Of a stretch of DNA of 64,000 bases, positions 11,878 through 24,194 are shown in pieces. A program made the position numbers and the translations under genes. Source of the DNA: Eledone cirrhosa (Eukaryota); assembly GCA_964016885.1 (NCBI GenBank), contig OZ024764.1:9982001-10046000 (forward strand), given 5' to 3'. The notes under the pieces were generated by a model. That model had not been told where the DNA came from. It was given only the letters and a program-made list of their open reading frames with translations, and did not search any database. The number at the start of each line of letters is the position of its first letter. Within the stretch, counting starts at the first letter, position 1.

Positions 11878-13140
11878 CATCATCGTTTTACGTCCACTTT
11901 TCCCTGCTTGCAAGGGTGGGACGGGTCTCATTCAGCACAGCATCCCTCCACTTGTCACGGTCCTTCGTCATCTCCACCGTGAGCTTCGGCGATCTGAGGT
12001 CTGTTCTCACCACCTCCGCCCATGTTTTTCGTGGTCTATCTCTACCACGTCTTCCTTCAACTGGCATTTCCTGGCACTTCTTCACCCATCAGTCATCCTC
12101 CATGCGCATCACATGTCCATACCATCGCAGTCTCCTCTCCCGCACACAACAATTTATTCCGCTCAGACACAGTTTCTCTCTCAACACATTCATGCTCGGC
12201 CGTTCACGCACATTGACATTGGACATCCAACAAAGCATGCTTGCCTCATTTCTCTCAAAGCGTCGCATATCCTCTGCAGTTGCTGCCCATATCTCACTAC
12301 CATGCAGCATCGCGCACCTCACACAGGCATCATATAACCGGCCTTTCGTACGCAGGGAGAAACCCTTCTTCATCAGCAGAGGAAGCAGCTCCCTAAAGTT
12401 CTTCCAACCCGTCCTTATTCGAGATACTATGGCCTCGGAACACCCCCCTCCCATGCTAATCTGATCACCTAGGTACCGGAAGCTATCAACCACTTCTATA
12501 GCACCTACATGCATTTGAAAAATGTGTCTATCAATGTGACTTCTACTGTCAAATTTCCCTGTACATCTACTGCATACCTATTTCTGCCAACCTGTTAGTT
12601 TGCCTGCTATCGCACTACATCTCTTGTGTACCCAAGATCTGCATTGTGTACATTTAATAGAATTTATGCCAGTTTCTTTTCTGCATATCGAACATGGCCA
12701 TTTCCCCGATGGAATCAGGGTTTTGTCCTCTTTTCTACTTATCAACACTTTTGTCTTAGCTAGGTTCACCCTCAGTCCTCTTGCTTCCAACTGCTGTTTC
12801 CATAGCCAGACTTTATTCTCTAGCTCCTCTACTGATTCTGCTATAAGAACCAGATCATCAGCATAGAGAAGTTCCCATGGGTAGCCAGTCTTAAACACCT
12901 CTGTTATGGCTTGGAGGACTATAATGAACAAGAGCAGGCTGAGGACCGAACCCTGATGTATCCCTACTTGTACCTGGAATTCCTCACTAAGCTCCATTCC
13001 TACTTTCACTTTACTGACAGCACCTCTGTACAAAGCTTACACTGTCCTGACAAACCATTCCTCAACACCCAGCTTCCTTAGGGACCACCAGATGAGGCCT
13101 TATCTTGATCAACAAAAGCTAAGTATAGTGGCTTATTCTT
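11876..13140 (-). mobile_element. RTE-clade LINE, 5'-truncated and degenerate (RT domain to 3' end)
   Basis: GIHQGSVLS...LLYADDLVL, FRYLG, MLHGSEIW, RLRWYGHVMRM, RGRDRPRKTW; (GAT)n tail. Confidence 0.9.
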
Positions 13141-13729
13141 CTCTCAGAACCTCACTTGTAATCGACCACAGATGTAGGGGAGATAATCAGGTAGCTGGGA
13201 ACCATATTGGTAAGGGAGACAACTGCGACGAGCTAAACTTAAAATTTCTACAATAATGATTTTTACTATGGACACAAAGGCCAGCAAATTTTTTTTTGGG
13301 GTGGGTGTGTGTGGTCAGGTGGTGGGTTAGTCGATTAAATCGACCCCAATGCATTACTGGTACTTTATTTTATAGATCCCGTAAGGATGAAAGGCAAAGC
13401 GAGCCTTGACGGGATTTGAAATCAGATCATAAAGGGGAGTAACTCTATGCTGCAAAACATGGTGTCTGTCGCTCAACTGATTCTACCGCCCTTATCTACA
13501 ATAATGAAAAACACACACACTTCTTCTTCGCCTACTTATTCATGAGAGGGCAGAGTCCTCAAACACACCTTCCAGAAGGTCATGTCAGAAGCAACCATCC
13601 TCAACTGATCAGGCTGGATCTCCAAGCGAGACCAGCCAACCTCATGGATGTTATCCAACCATCTTGCTCAGGGTCTACCCCTGGGTCTCCTGCTGGTTGG
13701 TTTTCGTCCATAAAATCTGTCCACTGATT

Positions 13730-15600
13730 CTTTCCTCAGACATTCTATCCACATGTCTGTAGTATCAGAGCTGTGATCTCTCAATTCAGAGATTCTTTCC
13801 TGAGACATTCTAACCACATGTCTGTAGTATCAGAGCTGTGATCTCTCAATTCAGAGATTCTTTCCTGAGACATTCTAACCACATGTCTGTAGTATCAGAG
13901 TTGTGATCTCTCAATCCAGAGATTCTTTCCTGAGACATTCTAACCACATGTCTGTAGTATCAGAGCTGTGATCTCTCAATTCAGAGGTTCTTTCCTGAGA
14001 CATTCTATCCACATGTCTGTAGTATCAGAGCTGTGATCTCTCAATTCAGAGATTCTTTCCTGAGACATTCTATCCACATGTCTGTAGTATCAGAGCTGTG
14101 ATCTCTCAATTCAGAGATTCTTTCCTGAGACATTCTAACCACATGTCTGTAGTATCAGAGTTGTGATCTCTCAATCCAGAGATTCTTTCCTGAGACATTC
14201 TAACCACATGTCTGTAGTATCAGAGCTGTGATCTCTCAATTCAGAGGTTCTTTCCTGAGACATTCTAACCACATGTCTGTAGTATCAGAGCTGTGGTCTC
14301 TCAATTCAGAGATTCTTTCATGTGACATTCTAACCACATGTCTGTAGTATCAGAGCTGTGATCTCTCAATTCAGAGGTTCTTTCCTGAGACATTCTAACC
14401 ACATGTCTGTAGTATCAGAGCTGTGATCTCTCAATTCAGAGGTTCTTTCCTGAGACATTCTAACCACATGTCTGTAGTATCAGAGCTGTGATCTCTCAAT
14501 TCAGAGGTTCTTTCCTGAGACATTCTAACCACATGTCTGTAGTATCAGAGCTGTGATCTCTCAATTCAGAGGTTCTTTCCTGAGACATTCTAACCACATG
14601 TCTGTAGTATCAGAGCTGTGATCTCTCAATTCAGAGGTTCTTTCCTGAGACATTCTAACCACATGTCTGTAGTATCAGAGTTGTGATCTCTAATCCAGAG
14701 ATTCTTTCCTGAGACATTCTAACCACATGTCTGTAGTATCAGAGCTGTGATGTCTCAATTCAGAGATTCTTTCCTGAGACATTCTAACCACATGTCTGTA
14801 GTATCAGAGCTGTGATCTCTCAATTCAGAGGTTCTTTCCTGAGACATTCTAACCACATGTCTGTAGTATCAGAGCTGTGATCTCTCAATTCAGAAATTCT
14901 TTCCTCAGACATTCTAACCACATGTCTGTAGTATCAGAGCTGTGATCTCTCAATTCCGAGATTCTTTCCTCAGACATTCTAACCACATGTCTGTAGTATC
15001 AGAGCTGTGATCTCTCAATTCAGAAATTCTTTCCTGAGACATTCTAATCACATGTCTGTAGTATCACAGCTGTGATCTCTCAATTCAGAAATTCTTTCCT
15101 CAGACATTCTAACCACATGTCTGTAGTATCAGAGCTGTGATCTCTCAATTCCGAGATTCTTTCCTCAGACATTCTAACCACATGTCTGTAGTATCAGAGC
15201 TGTGATCTCTCAATTCAGAAATTCTTTCCTGAGACATTCTAATCACATGTCTGTAGTATCAGAGCTGTGATCTCTCAATTCAGAGATTCTTTCCTCAGAC
15301 ATTCTAACCACATGTCTGTAGTATCAGAGCTGTGGCCTCTCAATTCCGAGATTCTTTCCTCAGACATTCTAACCACATGTCTGTAGTATCAGAGCTGTGA
15401 TCTCTCAATTCAGAGATTCTTTCCTCAGACATTCTAACCACATGTCTGTAGTATCAGAGCTGTGGCCTCTCAATTCCGAGATTCTTTCCTCAGACATTCT
15501 AACCACATGTCTGTAGTATCAGAGCTGTGGTCTCTCAATTCAGAGATTCTTTCCTGAGACATTCTAACCTCATGTCCATAGTATCAGAGCTGTGATCTTT
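13730..15600. repeat. 65-bp minisatellite (~29 copies) derived from a LINE coding segment
   Basis: Minus strand reads IERSQL*YYRHVVRMSQERI (LINE C-terminal motif); ~3 copies also at 53790-53975. Confidence 0.9.
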
Positions 15601-17063
15601 CAATTCGGAGAAGCAGCAGCTTTACCTGGGGTTAACATTCATGAGCTCTGTTGGTCATGCTTGGGGACCCAGCTAGATCATTTGGAGACGGTTGCTTCTG
15701 ACACGACCCACCAGAAGGTGCGTTTGAGGACTCAGACCTCAACGACCCTCTCCGGAATAAGTGGGCGAAGAAGTGTGGACAGGATGCTTTTTGTCGTGAC
15801 ACCTACACGACCACTTGACAGTGTAGACTGGGTGCTTTTTATCATGACACCTACATGACTACTCTACAGTGGGAACTGGGTGCTTTTTTGTTGTGTCACC
15901 TACACAACCACTTTACAGTGTGGACTGGGTGCATTTTATTGTGTCACCTGCACGACCACTTAACAGTGTGGACTGGGTGCCTTTTGACATGACACCTACA
16001 TGACTACTTTACATTGTGGACTGGGTGCTTTTTGTTGTGACACCTACACAACCACTTTACAGTGTGGACTAGGTACTTTTTATTGTGACACCTACATGAC
16101 CACTTTACAGTGTGGATTAGGTACCTTTTGTTGTGACACCGACACAACCACATTACACGGAGAGAGGAAGTGTGTATGATCTTATGGCTAAGATAAGGTT
16201 ACCTACCCTACATGGAGTGTTTGAATGTGATAGAAGATCTGTGAAGGCTGGTGCGGAACGAGTTAAATAAGATTCAGAGCTGCTCTGGTTGTGTGTACAG
16301 GTAACAGGAGATTGCGGATGTCTCTAGTTTTATGTACAGGTAACCTGAGTTAAACGAGAAATTGCAGGCGGTTCAATAGATGTGTGTACAGGTAACAAAT
16401 GAGATTGAGGATGTCTCTAGTTGTATGTGTACAGGCAATATGAGTTAAATGAGTTTCAGGGTGGTTCTAGGGGTGTGATCAGGTAACCTACATAGTAAAT
16501 ATGAACAGACAAAATATAAAAAATACAGTGTGAAGAACTAATGCCAAGTTAGTTAGACTGATGTAAAAATAGTGTGTGTCTGGTTATGTGTGTATATGTG
16601 TGTGTGTGTGTGTCTGGTTATGTGCGTATATGTAAGTGTGTGTGTGTGTGTGTCTGGTTATGTGTGTATATGTGTGTATGTGTCTGGTTTTGTGCGTATA
16701 TGTAAGTGTGTGTGTGTCTGGTTATGTGTGTATATGTAAGTGTGTGTGTGTGTGTCTGGTTGTTTGTGTGTGTATGTGTGTGTGTGTGTGTCTGGTTATG
16801 TGTGTATATGTGTGTGTGTGTCTGGTTATGTGTGTATATGTAAGTGTGTGTGTGTGTCTGGTTATGTGTGTATATGTAAGTGTGTGTGTGTGTGGTTGTG
16901 TGTGCGTATCTGGTTGTGTGTGTGTTTGGTTGTGTGTGGTTGTGTGTGTGTATAGGTGTGTGTCTGGTTGTGTGTGTGTGTGTCGGGTTGTGTCTGGTTG
17001 TGTGTGGGGTTGTGTGTGTGTGCTTCTCTCTCCCTCACACTCTCTCTGTCTTTCCTTCACACC

Positions 17064-17095
<32 letters not shown>

Positions 17096-17592
17096 CTCAC
17101 TCACACACCCTCTCTGCACCTCTCCCTCACACAACCTCCTACTCTCTCTCTCAAGCTTGTCAGTAATATTGTATGTCAGTCATTCAGATTATTTCAAGAA
17201 GAAACATGAATGATGGGGGTGGGGGGGGAAGAGTCGTTGTGTTGAGGGTGAGGTTATGTGGTGGTGGGTTTCGTGGTGTGTATGGTGGTGGTGGTGGCCC
17301 CCAGTCCACACTGTAAATGTGGTTGGTGTTAGGAAGGGCATCCAACCGTAGAAAACCTGCCAGACAGTCCTATACGAGCAAGACTCGGTCACCTGACCAA
17401 TCTCACCTCAAATGGGACAATTCCCGTCTAACCCATGCTAGTGTGGAAGATAGACGTTAAACGATGATGAAGATGATGTACACTATATATCTGATTTCCC
17501 CAACACCAGCTTATAAGAATTTAAGCAAATGTCCCAAACCCCTGCTTACCCCCCCCCCCCTACTATTTGGGACTCAAAAGTACCAATGTTGC

Positions 17593-18030
17593 TTAACCCT
17601 TTAGCATTTACATTACTCTATATATACTATTGTATTTTCACTGTAAAGGCTTTACCTCACATAATATCTCACATAACATTTACATTACTCTATATATACT
17701 ATTGTATTTTCACAGTAAAGGCTTTACCTCACATAATATCTCACATAACATTTACATTACTCTATATATACTATTGTATTTTCACAGTAAAGGCTTTACC
17801 TCACATAATATCTCACATAACATTCACATTACTCTATATATACTATTGTATTTTCACAGTAAGGGCTTTACCTCACATAATATCTCACATAACATTTACA
17901 TTACTCTATATATACTATTGTATTTTCACAGTAAAGGCTTTACCTCACATAATATCTCACATAACATTTACATTACTCTATATATACTATTGTATTTTCA
18001 CTGTAAAGGCTTTACCTCACATAATATCTC
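17593..18030. repeat. 72-bp tandem array (~6 copies) at the end of a piggyBac-type MITE
   Basis: Starts TTAA-CCCTTTAGCATTT; the matching AAATGCTAAAGGG-TTAA end occurs at ~28720, ~42785 and ~59174. Confidence 0.75.
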
Positions 18031-18650
18031 CCGTCGGAAAAGTCCATGAAAAAAGAGTGCTCTATGTAGGTAACAGAGCTTAATAGTTATGTAATAATTT
18101 TTAGAATCCAATATCAATAAATACACCAGGATTTTTTCATTCTGATGATTGAAAGCAACATTTTTTGCTTTTAAGAAACCACTGGTAAATGGAATAATTG
18201 CCTTATGTTGTTTATTACATAACTATATATATGTATATTAAAATAACAGATTAAAGAATCGCTGCTTTCACCCTTATTTTAATATATATCCATACATACG
18301 TATATATATTCATATATACACACATGTATATTGCTCTACGGTTCTTATATATTTGATATATATTTATCATTATTGAGCCCTTTTTGGATTTTAGTCGTCA
18401 CATTTATTATTATTACTATATATATATATATATATATATAAATATAAGTATGTATACGTACATACATATATGTATACAGACGTACAGTAGTATGTATATA
18501 TATACATACATGCACACATATATATATGTACGTATGGGTTTACCAAACATTTATTATAATGTTCAGTTTGTTTGTAAACAAACAGCCCGAATTAAGCTGT
18601 ACGGTGTTCGGCAACCATCGTTGCCCTTTTGTTCAACACTGACAAAGGAA

Positions 18651-18691
18651 CGATGAACTAGTTTCAAGCTTATTAGCTATCGTCAGCATCG
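18651..18691 (-). ncRNA. Type I hammerhead ribozyme
   Basis: cgatg-CTGACGA-t-agct(aata)agct-t-GAAA-ctag-TT-catcg; palindromic ACTAGT stem III. Confidence 0.7.
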
Positions 18692-18863
18692 TATACCTTC
18701 CTGTCAGATGATTGAACTTTCCTTATGCATATTAACGGCTGAGCAGCCTAATTGGCATATTGAGTGAGTTAGTCGGCCGGGCGTACCGAAAACAATAAAT
18801 GGAAAAGAATGAAATTAATCAGCCGTACTAAGAGTGAGAAATGAAATTTCATTTCATTCTTTT

Positions 18864-18911
<48 letters not shown>

Positions 18912-19004
18912 CTAGGGAGAGGATCAGAGGTGTATAACACTCCACTTATCCAACAGGCAGTATAAGGTTAGCTCGATGTCTGAGGACAGAGCCGTTTTCT
19001 CATG

Positions 19005-19048
<44 letters not shown>

Positions 19049-19216
19049 CATGAGAAGAAAGAAGAATACTGCGTGGTTGCACATGGGTTACATATGATAA
19101 AAATAGTCCTTCGTCAGTGATTTTCCAACCATCATTGGTATTTCATATATATATATATATATGAACTTCTGACTTTATCATATAGCATGTATTCATTTTC
19201 TACTACCATTTCAAGG

Positions 19217-19301
19217 GGTCCGACGAGCCGCAGATTACAGAGTTGGGTAAGATCGATGCAGATCGAACCTTGAGCTGATCAGTGGTGAAATGCGCCTCAC
19301 C
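19217..19301 (+). ncRNA. Degenerate hammerhead-like motif with extended stem II (U4C)
   Basis: ggt-CCGACGA-gccgc...gtggt-GAAA-tgcgcc-TC-acc. Confidence 0.4.
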
Positions 19302-19480
19302 AACCAATAAACGTAATGAAGGAGTAACCAATCGTCCTTGTTATCTTATTTCACTATAATACACACTGTATAGCTCTACACCTCGACACAGAAGTGAACC
19401 TAAACATCGAGTGCTCACCCGGGTGAACCTACAGTAACTGCAAGTTATATAGATATATCCCTAGATATATATATATATAT

Positions 19481-19812
19481 CATCATCATTTTAAGTCCAC
19501 TTTTCCCTGCTTGCAAGGGTGGGACGGGAACTGATTTTGGCTTGATTTCTACAGCTGGATGCCCTTCCTAACACCAACCACATTTACAGTGAGTGCTGGG
19601 TGCTTTTTTGCCGTGGCACCTCCACGACCACTTTGCAGTGGAATGATAGGGACCCCAGTCCCTATCATCTCATTTCTACAGCTGAGTAAACTGGAGCAAT
19701 GTGAAATAAAGTGTCTTGCTCAAGGAAACAACACATCACCCGGTCTGAGAATTGAACTCACAACCTTTCGATTGCAAGGCCAATGCTCTAACCACTAAGC
19801 CATGTGGCTCCA
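19481..19812 (-). mobile_element. tRNA-derived SINE with RTE-LINE-like tail; related copies at 35741-36090 (+), 40435-40590 (-), 41945-42160 (-), 42330-42530 (-), 45369-45600 (+)
   Basis: A-box TGGCTTAGTGG and B-box-like GAGTTCAATTC; tail shared with RTE 3' UTR (ggtgttaggaagggcatccagctgtagaaa). Confidence 0.85.
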
Positions 19813-19959
19813 TAACTCTCTAGCCCACTAAATATTAACACTTCGAATATTTAATACTGCCAGCACTAGTATCGAGCACCTTTGGCATACGCTACTTGGC
19901 AAACAACTATATGTATCACCTATCCTCCCCTTTTTTTTCTCTTTCTCGATACGTAAATA

Positions 19960-20022
<63 letters not shown>

Positions 20023-20697
20023 CAGCTCCTGATTATTACTGGAATTCTATAAGAATCCAACTTCTATAATTTTCGGTGGAAACAGGGGTGTGCATGGCTC
20101 TGATTAACACCAACCAGCGTGAAACAGGCTGTCAGCTTCTCTCCCTTCTTTCGCCGAAAAGAAGTAAGTGACATAGTCACTACTTTAAAACTGATGCCGT
20201 ATGTTCTTGTAAATATTTTTAATTAAACATACGGTATATTGTCACATATACTATACATTCATATATATACATTTCCATTGTGAATTTAATGAACTCTATT
20301 TATACATACATTACACATATCGCAAACTTTTAATACACTATATATATGTATATATATATGTAATTGTGTGGGGTGTGTGTATACATATATATATATGCCC
20401 GTCTGTTTGTGTGTATGCAAATCTGGGGTGTGTGTATACATATATATATGCCCGTCTGTTTGTGTGTATGCAAATCTGGGGTGTGTCTGCAAGGTATGTA
20501 CTGAATGTGTGTGTATGTGTGTATATGTAGACATGTGTATGTATGTTTACACATGTGTCTATGTGTCTGTATGTATACATGCGTGTGTGTGTATCTAAGT
20601 GTATCTGTACAGACGTGTGTGTGTGTGTATATGTATATATATAATCATCATATATATATGTACATATATATATATATATATATATATAAATACATAC

Positions 20698-20744
<47 letters not shown>

Positions 20745-20754
20745 CATACATATA

Positions 20755-20795
<41 letters not shown>

Positions 20796-20924
20796 ATATA
20801 AATACATCATCATCATCCTCATCATCATCGTTTAAGGTCTATCTTCCACACTAGCATGGGTTAGACGGTACACACACACACACACATATATATATATGAT
20901 ATATATATATATATGATAATGATG

Positions 20925-20966
<42 letters not shown>

Positions 20967-21012
20967 TCTTCAAATTTATTATTACTATATATATATATAT
21001 GTATATTATGTG

Positions 21013-21090
<78 letters not shown>

Positions 21091-21163
21091 CATACATATA
21101 TACATACATACATATACATACATATATATATACATACATATATATATACATACATGTATATAT

Positions 21164-21206
<43 letters not shown>

Positions 21207-21254
21207 CATATATAAATACATATATATAAATACATATATATACATATATATATG

Positions 21255-21288
<34 letters not shown>

Positions 21289-21347
21289 TATATAAATATA
21301 TATCTGTATATATATATATACACACACACACAATACACACATATATA

Positions 21348-21427
<80 letters not shown>

Positions 21428-21745
21428 ATACACACATATATATGTGTATATATATATATGTGTATATACATATAGATATACACACACACACAATACACAC
21501 ATATATGTGTGTGTGTATATATATACAAGAGAGTAGCAGAGATGTTGGCATAAGAGAGGAGTGGTGTCAGGTTACATTCCAACAGAGACCAAACATGGTA
21601 CAGCTACCCCCCCCCCCCCTTCTCCCCTTCCTCCTACTTCTTACATAACAACATAGGCTCTGTTTACCCCTGACGCCACCATCACACACACCACCATCAT
21701 AGACACCACTGCTACCACAGCCAATACCATTTGTATGTGTGTGTA

Positions 21746-21806
<61 letters not shown>

Positions 21807-21812
21807 ATATAC

Positions 21813-21855
<43 letters not shown>

Positions 21856-21895
21856 TCATCATCGTTTAACGTCCATTTTCCACGCTACCATGGGT

Positions 21896-21985
<90 letters not shown>

Positions 21986-22064
21986 CACACACACACATAT
22001 ACATATATATATACACACACACACATATATATATATATACACACACACACATATATATATATAT

Positions 22065-22177
<113 letters not shown>

Positions 22178-22244
22178 TATACATATATATATATACACAC
22201 ACACACATATATATATATACACACACACACATATATATATACAT

Positions 22245-22289
<45 letters not shown>

Positions 22290-22322
22290 TATATACATAT
22301 ATATATACACACACACACATAT

Positions 22323-22354
<32 letters not shown>

Positions 22355-22632
22355 CAGTTATAATACCCAGTCTCTCTGACTGCATTGATAAATACTTTGT
22401 CTGTTTCTCCATTTATCTAACTAACCACCCACCCACCCTTACACCTACCCACCTACCTACCTACCTACCCTCCCACACACCTGTCTGTCTATATATCAAG
22501 CTAACTAGATACCTACCTACCTACCTACCTACCTATTCAGCCCTCCTTCTGTCTGTCTATCTATCTACCTACCCACCAACCTATGTCTACCTTCCCTCTC
22601 TCTATCTAACAACATATCTATCTGTCTATCTA

Positions 22633-23621
22633 TTGCGCAAACATGCGCTGAGGCTGCGGCATCTCCAGGTATTCCTCACCGACCCCCCAACCGGTGGGGG
22701 CACCGTTTGTGAGACAGGCTTTCCCACAGCTTGTCTCGCTGATGAAGCTGCAGTCCTGGGTCAAGAAAAGACAGAAAACGATGGGCGCCTGGCACATTGA
22801 ATGCGCTCAGGCGCTCACAGTCCTCTGGCAAGCGGGCGCAGCAATCAGTGGAGACTCCACTTCGACATTCTATAGAGGGATATTGTACTTTACAAGGGTG
22901 ACGACGTGCTCGGAGAGACTCTGGGCGTCGAAGACGATGAGCTCACCAGTCTGTTTGGTAGGACTCTCCGCCCGGGACCTATGGACAACTTCCAGAGGTC
23001 CCTGGCCTGGCAGTGTTACCGAGGAGATCTACCGAGAAGCGAAAATGGCCCGAGTGATTGGGCCTTCTCTGTTTATAAACCTGTAGGTTGAAGAGGAGAG
23101 CAAAAGGAAGAAAGGAGCACTTGCACAACACGCTCCTGGAGTTGAGGGTTGTTCTATCGACGGGGTATTAAACAACCCATTTGTGGCATCTCCCCCCTAA
23201 TGGGGATTTTGATTGTTGTAATTGTTTGTTTTTATATTTTTTACACGACTGTATGTAACATTCCCGGCATGACTTTGTATTGTCCCCCTTTCTTGTACGC
23301 CCTTGTGGCAAATAAAGAAATCTATCTATCTCCAGGTCTCGACGGTCTACCCTACGAATTTAACGCATTTTAGCAATGCCAGACTTGTTCTCCGGTCTCC
23401 TGGAAGTGGTCTACTGCAACTGGCAGCAGAACGGGAGAATTCCCAGTTCTCTGACCAGGGGTGTAGTCACACTAGTCAGGGAGGACAAGAAGAAGGGGGA
23501 TGACATAGGCAACTTCCAGCTCATAACACTGCTCAACACAGAGTTACAGATTTTGGCCAAGGTGTTGGCAAAGAGGCTGGCGCCTGTCGTCGAAAACCTG
23601 GTGGGAGAAGCGCAGACATGC

Positions 23622-23622
<1 letters not shown>
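22633..23622 (+). mobile_element. Tx1/L1-like non-LTR retrotransposon fragments in (TCTA)n
   Basis: SPGLDGLPYEF...NFQLITLLNTELQILAKVLAKRL (RT N-terminus); the upstream piece ends AATAAA-GAAA-TCTATCTATC. Confidence 0.75.
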
Positions 23623-23664
<42 letters not shown>

Positions 23665-23949
23665 ACTACCTGTCTATCTATCCATCCATCTATCTATTCC
23701 AGGTACAGTAGAGCAGGAGACCACCCAGCATCCACCCAATCACTCAGTGTCCAGCCACCCAGTGTCCAGCCAATCACCCAGTGTCCAGCCACCTAGCCAC
23801 CCAGTGTCCTCCCAACCAGCCAGCCCACCGGTCAGTCAGTCCACCATAAAACTGACACCTCACACCTAAAGAGACAAAAACCCCGTGGTAGCTAGACAAC
23901 AACACACAGTCCTCAGCGGTGGTGGTCACTATATTTTGGGCAGACTTCA

Positions 23950-24140
23950 ATGGTAGTATCATGGCCAGATGCAATGGACGACATCAACTACAAGGAGAAG
24001 AACTTCAAATTGGACCTGGTCAGTCTGTACCACCCCTTGTGGATGACCGAGGGTCATTATATTTATCACCTACTCAAAGATGACAGCGGTCACCTCAGCT
24101 GCCAAACCGACAAGGACGGGGAGCCCATCTGTTCCCCAAG
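23950..24140 (+). CDS. LRRC14: PRAME/LRRC14-like LRR protein, coding exon 1 of 6 (gene 23950-37158, ~554 aa)
   Basis: ATG 23950 MVVSWPDAMDDINY...ICSP; ends AAG|GTAAGG donor in phase 2, compatible with exon 2 (AG+G=Arg). Start could be the second Met. Confidence 0.7.
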
Positions 24141-24194
24141 GTAAGGAAACCCCAAATCTAACCATTACATTCCTTTCTCGTCTATTTCTTAAAG

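Noticed and set aside
18138-18160. CTGATGA-tt-GAAA
   Set aside because: No stem II and no convincing stems I or III
20070-20170. Possible non-coding first exon of the LRRC14-like gene (GAA|GTAAGT), and a similar donor at ~3375
   Set aside because: Only a donor motif; cannot be supported without transcripts
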